A DNA stretch of 63,662 nt, filler included. It is 4 parts of 4 records of this genome, joined end to end, with 100 filler letters (N's around TTAATTAATTAA, not from the genome) between each part and the next. Parts side by side here need not be neighbours in the genome. Positions count along the whole stretch, not along the records: positions 52,021 to 63,662 come from SRR31156797_612; 3 more parts are not named here. The stretch is one strand, 5' to 3'. The notes under the pieces are model-generated. The model had not been told where the DNA came from. It saw nothing but the letters and a program-made list of their open reading frames with translations, and made no database searches. The position numbers and the translations under genes were made by a program. Positions 57,786-63,662 of this stretch are shown here, in pieces (within the stretch, counting starts at the first letter, position 1; every line of letters begins with the position of its first letter).

Positions 57786-57986
57786 ATGTTAGATCATCAA
57801 AAAAAAGTTTTACAAGCCGTTAGTGATCATCCTGCATTGTTTAAGAAGGAGCTAATGAAATCTGTTGAATGGTTAAATGAGAAAGAGTTAAATGATTTAC
57901 AGCGTTGGTTGAGGTGTGAATACTACAATCGGTATTCGCATATAATTGACGAGTGTTTTAATATGCAATTAGATGTAGCATCGTAG
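57786..57986 (+). CDS. Small hypothetical protein (66 aa)
   Basis: ML..QK.VL..VS....LF.KEL.KS..WL...E...L..W pattern, which I recall in small Bacteroidota proteins; has its own promoter and terminator. Confidence 0.8.
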   Translation: MLDHQKKVLQAVSDHPALFKKELMKSVEWLNEKELNDLQRWLRCEYYNRYSHIIDECFNMQLDVAS

Positions 57987-58011
57987 TTTTATTAAGTTTT
58001 TAAATAGGTTT

Positions 58012-58040
58012 AAAAAAAGGAGCTTTACGGCTCCTTTTTT
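58012..58040. terminator. Bidirectional terminator
   Basis: AAAAAAAGGAGC-TTTACG-GCTCCTTTTTT between convergent genes. Confidence 0.88.
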
Positions 58041-58058
58041 AGTTTGAGGACATTTGAA

Positions 58059-59981
58059 CTATTTGCCATTTTCTTTAAAAATAAAATCATATAAATAGGG
58101 AGAGGTGATATTAGAACCTGCTCGTGTTGGTGTTCTTTTGTTCCATAAGGACAATATAATCCTACGTAACTCATCCTCGTTAAAGGCATTAAGCCATGAG
58201 TTTTCAAAATTTTCAGCTTCAGCTATTTCAATAAACCACGATACAGAATGAAATTGGAAATTCCATTCATCTGGTGAGTATACGATTATAAAAGCACAAT
58301 AAACCGGTTCCTTAGGGTCGGAGAAAATAATACCCTGTTTATCTCGAACCATAATGATTTTAAATTTGTCGTGACCTTTGATAGGTACTGATAAACATGC
58401 AATTCCGGATTGTATCAAGACTTCATGAACATTATCTTTTTGCATAATAAGTTTAAACAGTTTCTCTTGTTTAATCCGCAGAGGTTTATTCAGTAAAATG
58501 GCAAGGTATTCTGCCAGCTCGAGTACAGATCTCTTGTTATCCATATCCAGAATAGGACATTCTTTTATTAATTTCAGGAATCGTTTATCTGTAACCTCGT
58601 CACGCTCAATAAGAATTTCACGGAGTTCTTCTTCCAGTAACCTATCTGTTTGTTTAATTCCGGTAATACGTTCTATTACATGAAGTAAGGCATACTCTCT
58701 TTTAATTTTTCCTCTTACAAATATTAAATACCACAGTAATCCAACTATTATAAACACTGCAACTACGAATAAAGCAGCGGCACCCATATCAAAAAGAAGA
58801 AATGAATAGCTAATAATACCAATAATTTGAATCCAAGGATATAATGGTGATTTGTAGGAAGGTTTATAGTGTTTAATATTTCCTTCGCGCATAAAAATAA
58901 GCGCAACATTGGCAATAATAAATAGCAATAACACTAATGAAGAAGCGGTTTTAACAAATGTTTTTAAGTCAAGCAAAAGAATAGATCCTGCCATCAGCAG
59001 CCCTGTTAATGTAATAGAAATCCATGGAGTGTGAAAGCGGGAAGAGATACGACTTAAACTTTTATGAATAAGACCTTCTCTACTCATGGCTAAGGGGTTT
59101 CTGGATGCAGAAAGTAAGCCGGCATTTCCCGTTGAAATAAAAGCCAATAAGCCAGCTGTCGTCATTAAAATTAGTCCAAACCTACCCATAATTATTTCTC
59201 CACTGAGCGATATAGGCGTTAATGATTTTACCAATGCATCCGGAGGCGTGACAGTTACGGTTACAAAAACAACCAAAACATATAGAACAGATACGATAGC
59301 CCAGGAATAGAACATGCCAAGAGGCAGATTGCGCCGCGGATTTTTTACCTCACCGGCTATGGATGCAATTTTGGTTGTGCCGGAGAAAGATATAAATATT
59401 AAACCTGCTGTTGTAAATACAGAGTTGATACCATTGGGAGTAAAAGGGGCAAGTCGATTATAATCAGTATGAAAAAATCCACTGATAATGTAAATAATTA
59501 AGGATAATATCAATACAACCACAATAATGGTTTGCAGTCGTCCGGCAAATTTTACCCCAAGAATATTTATTAAAGTAAAAAAGATGCAGATACTTACCGC
59601 AGTTATAGTTATTTGCCATTCTGTAACATTTGGATTTAGCAGGATAATAAAGATTCCAATGGCCAGCAGAGAAAATGCAGATTTAAAGGCCAGTGAAAAC
59701 CATCCGATAAATCCGGCAAGTGTTCCCATCATGGGTCCCATACTTCGGTCAGTAAAAAAGAATATCCCTCCGGTTTTAGGCATGGCAGTAACCAATTCTG
59801 CTTTGGTAAAGATGGTTGGAATAATCATTAAGCTGCCAATAAAATAGGACATGATCATGGATGCTCCGGTTTCTTCGTAAGCAAAAGAAGGCAGCACAAA
59901 AAGCCCTGAGCTAATCATTACACCGGCAGAAATACTAATAACATCTATCAAGCTTAATCCCTTATGTAGTTTCGCACACAT
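58059..59981 (-). CDS. APC-family amino acid permease with a C-terminal PTS EIIA(Ntr/Fru)-like domain
   Basis: GVMISSGLFVLP, PKTGG, AGEVKNP.RNLP and SASRNPLAMSR; about 12 TM helices plus a soluble tail. Confidence 0.88.
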   Translation of the reverse strand: MCAKLHKGLSLIDVISISAGVMISSGLFVLPSFAYEETGASMIMSYFIGSLMIIPTIFTKAELVTAMPKTGGIFFFTDRSMGPMMGTLAGFIGWFSLAFKSAFSLLAIGIFIILLNPNVTEWQITITAVSICIFFTLINILGVKFAGRLQTIIVVVLILSLIIYIISGFFHTDYNRLAPFTPNGINSVFTTAGLIFISFSGTTKIASIAGEVKNPRRNLPLGMFYSWAIVSVLYVLVVFVTVTVTPPDALVKSLTPISLSGEIIMGRFGLILMTTAGLLAFISTGNAGLLSASRNPLAMSREGLIHKSLSRISSRFHTPWISITLTGLLMAGSILLLDLKTFVKTASSLVLLLFIIANVALIFMREGNIKHYKPSYKSPLYPWIQIIGIISYSFLLFDMGAAALFVVAVFIIVGLLWYLIFVRGKIKREYALLHVIERITGIKQTDRLLEEELREILIERDEVTDKRFLKLIKECPILDMDNKRSVLELAEYLAILLNKPLRIKQEKLFKLIMQKDNVHEVLIQSGIACLSVPIKGHDKFKIIMVRDKQGIIFSDPKEPVYCAFIIVYSPDEWNFQFHSVSWFIEIAEAENFENSWLNAFNEDELRRIILSLWNKRTPTRAGSNITSPYLYDFIFKENGK

Positions 59982-60335
59982 GCAGATTCTGCTTTGGTTT
60001 CAGTATAAGATAAGGAATTTAAGCGAGTGATGTAAACCATTTTAATGGTGTTTATCATAGTGAAAAAAACAAATTAGCATTTTGATACAGTTTGAATAGT
60101 TAAATACAAATCGAATTCTTGACATTTATTTAAAGTTATTTTTCTGATATTGAGATCGATTATCATTATAATGGCAAATGAAAGAATGACGGATACTTTA
60201 AGCTTATAAGAAATAATCTTTTTTAAAAAGGATGTAAATATTTCATATAGCTTACATATGAAACGAGCTCCCCAAAATTTGCTGTATAAATGTGGATTAT
60301 TTGTCAGGTAAATTCGGAAAGTAAAACTAAAACAA

Positions 60336-63062
60336 ATGAAAAAATCTCTACTCTTATTATTATGGATGATACAGATGACGCTTATGGCGCAAGTATCATT
60401 AAATGTTGATCTAAATCAATCCGGCAGTGAAATAAGCCCGGATTTAATCGGAGTCTTTTTTGAAGATATAAATTACGCTGCGGATGGAGGTTTGTATGCT
60501 GAATTGGTACAAAACCGTTCATTTGAATACTATACCGTAGATGGATATGTTGATTTAGAACCCTTGTATTCCTGGTCGATAGTGGAAACAGGTGGAGCAA
60601 GTGCTGCTATGAGTATACAAAATAGTTCTCCTTTAAATCAGGCTAATGAAAACTATTTGCAATTAACCGTAAGCAATGCAGGTACTGAAGCAGGCATTCA
60701 AAATAGTGGTTATGGCGAAGGAATTCCAATTGTGGCCGGAGATATTTATAAGTATAGCGTTTATTTGAAAAGTGAAGGTGAATTTACCGAGCCGGTTGTT
60801 ATTAATGTTAAACATCCGACAGGAGTAGTTTTGTGTACCGATACCATTAAAAACATTAGTAAACAATGGCAGAAATACACTGGCGAATTGGAAGCTAAAT
60901 ACAATAGTGGTGAAGCAACTCTTCAATTAGTGACTAAAGGAACCGGCATTATTGATATAGATATGCTATCCTTATTTCCTCAAAATACATTTAATCAAAG
61001 AGAGAATGGTTTAAGAGCTGATTTGGCTCAGGCTATTGCAGATTTAAATCCAAGGTTTGTTCGGTTTCCGGGTGGATGTATTTCTCACGGAAGAGGAATA
61101 GAAAATGCATATCGCTGGAAAGAATCAGTGGGGGACATAGCAGAGCGTGCTCCTAACTGGAACTTATGGGGATATCACCAGACTTATGGATTAGGCTTTT
61201 ACGAGTACTTTCTTTACTGTGAAGATATCGATGCAATTGCATTGCCTGTTGTGCCAGTTGGTGTTTCTTGTCAGTTCAGGAATAGGGAGATCGTGCCTAT
61301 TGAAGAAATGGAGCCCTGGATTAATGATGCCTTGGATTTAGTAGAATTTGCCAATGGCGATGTATCTACAACTTGGGGAAGTGTACGCGCAGAAATGGGT
61401 CATCCTGAACCTTTTAATATGGAATATATTTGTTTGGGTAATGAAGAAGATGATATTCCTGAATTTAGAGAGCGTTTTAAAATGATTTCTGATTCGCTAA
61501 AAAAATACTATCCAGAAATTCAAATCATCGGTACTTCAGGAACGTCTCATTCCGGAACCAATTATGAAGGTTTATGGGATTTTAGTGATCAGGAAGAACT
61601 GGCCGCTGTTGATGAACATTACTATGTAGAACCTTCCTGGTATTTGAGCAATAACCATCGTTACGATCATTTCGATAGAACCGGACCTAAAGTGTTTATC
61701 GGAGAATATGCTTCGTGGGATGATTTGCATTACAATGCCATTGCAGAAGCATCCTATTTAACCGGAGTTGAGCGAAATGCAGACATTATACAATTTACCT
61801 GTTATGCACCTCTACTTTGTAGGGATAATCAAGAAAAATGGCATCCAAACTTAATGCGCTTTGATAATAATTCTGTGATGAAAACGGCGAATTATTACGT
61901 ACAGCAATTATTCAGTTTGTATACTGGTGAGAAGTATTTAGATAGTGAAATAACATATGAAGCAGGAAGTAATGTATACGATGTTCTTTATGAAGGAAAT
62001 ATTGGAGTAGGAACCTGGAATACGCAGGCAGAATTTGATGATATTACCGTTGTAAGCGGAGAAGAAACCATCATCAGCGAAAGCTTTAGTACAAGTGCTG
62101 ATAACTGGGAAGTACTAGGAGGTACTTTTTCTGCTTCTAATGGCGTTTATGTACAAAGCTCGTCCAACCAGCCCGCTTGGAGCATACTATCGCAAACTGT
62201 GAATCAAAGTGATTATACCTTCTCGCTAAAAGCTAAAAAGACAGGTGGAGCAGAAGGTTTCCTAATTCCTTTTGGCTTTAAAGATTCTAATAATTATTAT
62301 TGGCTTAATCTTGGAGGATGGGGAAATACAATTCACGCCATAGAACAAGCTGTTGATGGTAGCAAAAGCACTTTGGTTTCAAAATCCGGCGTACTCGAAA
62401 ATGATGTTTGGTACGATATCAGAATTGAAGTAAATAAGAGTAATGCTGTTGTGTTTCTTAACGGTGAGCTACTATTTAATATACCTTCGCCTGATGGTCC
62501 ATTAACCGCTTCAGTTGTGAAGAATGAATCAGAGAAGCAAGTCATAATAAAGGTGGTAAATACAGAAGACGAAGCGATCGATTTTCAGATGGATTTAAAT
62601 GGTTTGAATATAGCTTCGGAAGCCAAATTAATTACCTTGGCGGGAGATGCTTCGGTTCGTAATACCATGGGAGCGCCAAACACCATTGTACCGGTTGAGA
62701 GTTCTATTGTTGCAGGTAATCAGATAATACAAACAATACCTGCGTATTCATTAAATGTTTTTGTTTTGGATTATAGCACCTCAACAGCTTTAAAGCAGAC
62801 AGAAGGTGAGGTAGAAAAGAGTAATAAAATTTGGATTTCACCAAATCCATCGAGTGGTTTTGCCTTATTACATAAAGGGGATGAATTAGGCGAAGGAGAT
62901 GTGACTATTTATGACTTATCCGGTAAAGCAGTCTGGTCAAAATCTAATGTAACAGAAAGTACTTTAAGAATTGAAAAGAATGATATGAATCAAGGCACCT
63001 ATATTGTAAGATATAATTCTGATAGTGCAATTTTTAGCACTAAGTTACTTTGGACAAAGTAA
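60336..63062 (+). CDS. GH51 alpha-L-arabinofuranosidase with T9SS sorting domain
   Basis: FFEDINYAADGGLYAELVQNRSFE, RFPGGC, LGNEE, DEHYY, FIGEYA and YAPL; C-terminal PNP...G.Y...KL. Confidence 0.93.
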   Translation: MKKSLLLLLWMIQMTLMAQVSLNVDLNQSGSEISPDLIGVFFEDINYAADGGLYAELVQNRSFEYYTVDGYVDLEPLYSWSIVETGGASAAMSIQNSSPLNQANENYLQLTVSNAGTEAGIQNSGYGEGIPIVAGDIYKYSVYLKSEGEFTEPVVINVKHPTGVVLCTDTIKNISKQWQKYTGELEAKYNSGEATLQLVTKGTGIIDIDMLSLFPQNTFNQRENGLRADLAQAIADLNPRFVRFPGGCISHGRGIENAYRWKESVGDIAERAPNWNLWGYHQTYGLGFYEYFLYCEDIDAIALPVVPVGVSCQFRNREIVPIEEMEPWINDALDLVEFANGDVSTTWGSVRAEMGHPEPFNMEYICLGNEEDDIPEFRERFKMISDSLKKYYPEIQIIGTSGTSHSGTNYEGLWDFSDQEELAAVDEHYYVEPSWYLSNNHRYDHFDRTGPKVFIGEYASWDDLHYNAIAEASYLTGVERNADIIQFTCYAPLLCRDNQEKWHPNLMRFDNNSVMKTANYYVQQLFSLYTGEKYLDSEITYEAGSNVYDVLYEGNIGVGTWNTQAEFDDITVVSGEETIISESFSTSADNWEVLGGTFSASNGVYVQSSSNQPAWSILSQTVNQSDYTFSLKAKKTGGAEGFLIPFGFKDSNNYYWLNLGGWGNTIHAIEQAVDGSKSTLVSKSGVLENDVWYDIRIEVNKSNAVVFLNGELLFNIPSPDGPLTASVVKNESEKQVIIKVVNTEDEAIDFQMDLNGLNIASEAKLITLAGDASVRNTMGAPNTIVPVESSIVAGNQIIQTIPAYSLNVFVLDYSTSTALKQTEGEVEKSNKIWISPNPSSGFALLHKGDELGEGDVTIYDLSGKAVWSKSNVTESTLRIEKNDMNQGTYIVRYNSDSAIFSTKLLWTK

Positions 63063-63084
63063 ATTGACTTGATGAAATATAAGC

Positions 63085-63119
63085 GCGGTGCAGACATTCA
63101 GTTTGCACCGCTTTTTTTT
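63085..63119 (+). terminator. Rho-independent terminator
   Basis: GCGGTGCAGAC-ATTCA-GTTTGCACCGC followed by T8. Confidence 0.9.
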
Positions 63120-63188
63120 CGCTATTAACCCAAGCTCAACAATACAATAGTTTGATTGTTATTTACTTGAATTAAAACTACAAGTATT

Positions 63189-63662
63189 ATGAAACAACTG
63201 CTATTGACAATTATTCTGGTTATTTCGGTAATGCAGCTTTCTGCACAAAACGAATCCTATTATTTTAGTAAAACCGTTGATGTTTCAATTGATGAAGCCA
63301 CCATTAGTGCAAAGGCCGCATTAAAAAAGCAGGGCTTTGGAATAGTTTCGGAATCTGATATGGATAAAACCTTATCAGAAAAATTAGGAGTAAGCGATAT
63401 GAAGCCTTATCGGGTTTTGGGTGCTTGCAATGCCAAGATTGCGCATAAGGTCTTACAAGTTGAGGAAAATGTAGCTATATTTTTGCCTTGTAAGGTTATA
63501 CTAAAGTATAAAGAAGACCATAAAACAGAAGTAGTTATGGTAAACCCTGAAGTTGCTATGAAAGCTATTAATAACAAAGAAACAAAGAAAATATTTAAAG
63601 AAGTAAGTGATCTTTTAAGAACAGCTTTAGCAGGCATAGTCTTAAGAAGCATATCGCTTTGA
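63189..63662 (+). CDS. DUF302 domain protein with signal peptide
   Basis: ALKKQGFGI, YRVLGACN and IFLPCKV; N-terminal LSA|Q signal. Confidence 0.9.
   Translation: MKQLLLTIILVISVMQLSAQNESYYFSKTVDVSIDEATISAKAALKKQGFGIVSESDMDKTLSEKLGVSDMKPYRVLGACNAKIAHKVLQVEENVAIFLPCKVILKYKEDHKTEVVMVNPEVAMKAINNKETKKIFKEVSDLLRTALAGIVLRSISL

Overview
This window is not one locus. It is four unrelated contigs joined by three artificial 100-bp spacers (N44-TTAATTAATTAA-N44 at 14499-14598, 41163-41262 and 51921-52020). Taxonomic calls below come from gene content and protein style, not from a search. (1) 1-14498 is Campylobacterota-like (Arcobacteraceae style): a GGDEF fragment, response regulators, AraC, a TPR-methyltransferase, then ybgC and the conserved aroB-mscS-mtaB-ftsH-like-bioV block, followed by mog and mutS2. 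(2) 14599-41162 is Bacteroidota-like (Marinifilaceae style): iorAB, an ABC pair, a CoA-disulfide reductase/rhodanese/TusA/DsrE fusion, acs, patatin, cysteate synthase, an acyl-CoA synthetase, satP, DUF3360, an accessory zone (MITE, pseudogene, orphan two-gene cassette, DUF6261-like gene with a 42-bp periodic array) and an iron/cobalamin ABC transporter. (3) 41263-51920 is low-GC and Fusobacteriota-like: plsC, coaE, a LacI-type treR-treP-treC-crr trehalose PTS locus with twin operators, solute-binding proteins, a parvulin and ttcA. (4) 52021-63662 is Bacteroidota: two T9SS cargo proteins, Hsp20, an APC permease, a GH51 arabinofuranosidase and DUF302. I saw no rRNA, tRNA, CRISPR, transposase or integrase. 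The best novelty candidates are an unannotated Tyr/Phe-rich 24-aa leader peptide with hairpins upstream of iorAB, a non-coding 42/84-bp phased repeat array upstream of the DUF6261-like gene, the adjacent orphan two-gene cassette, sigma54-type promoters with enhancer-like repeats at Hsp20, and several structured leaders.
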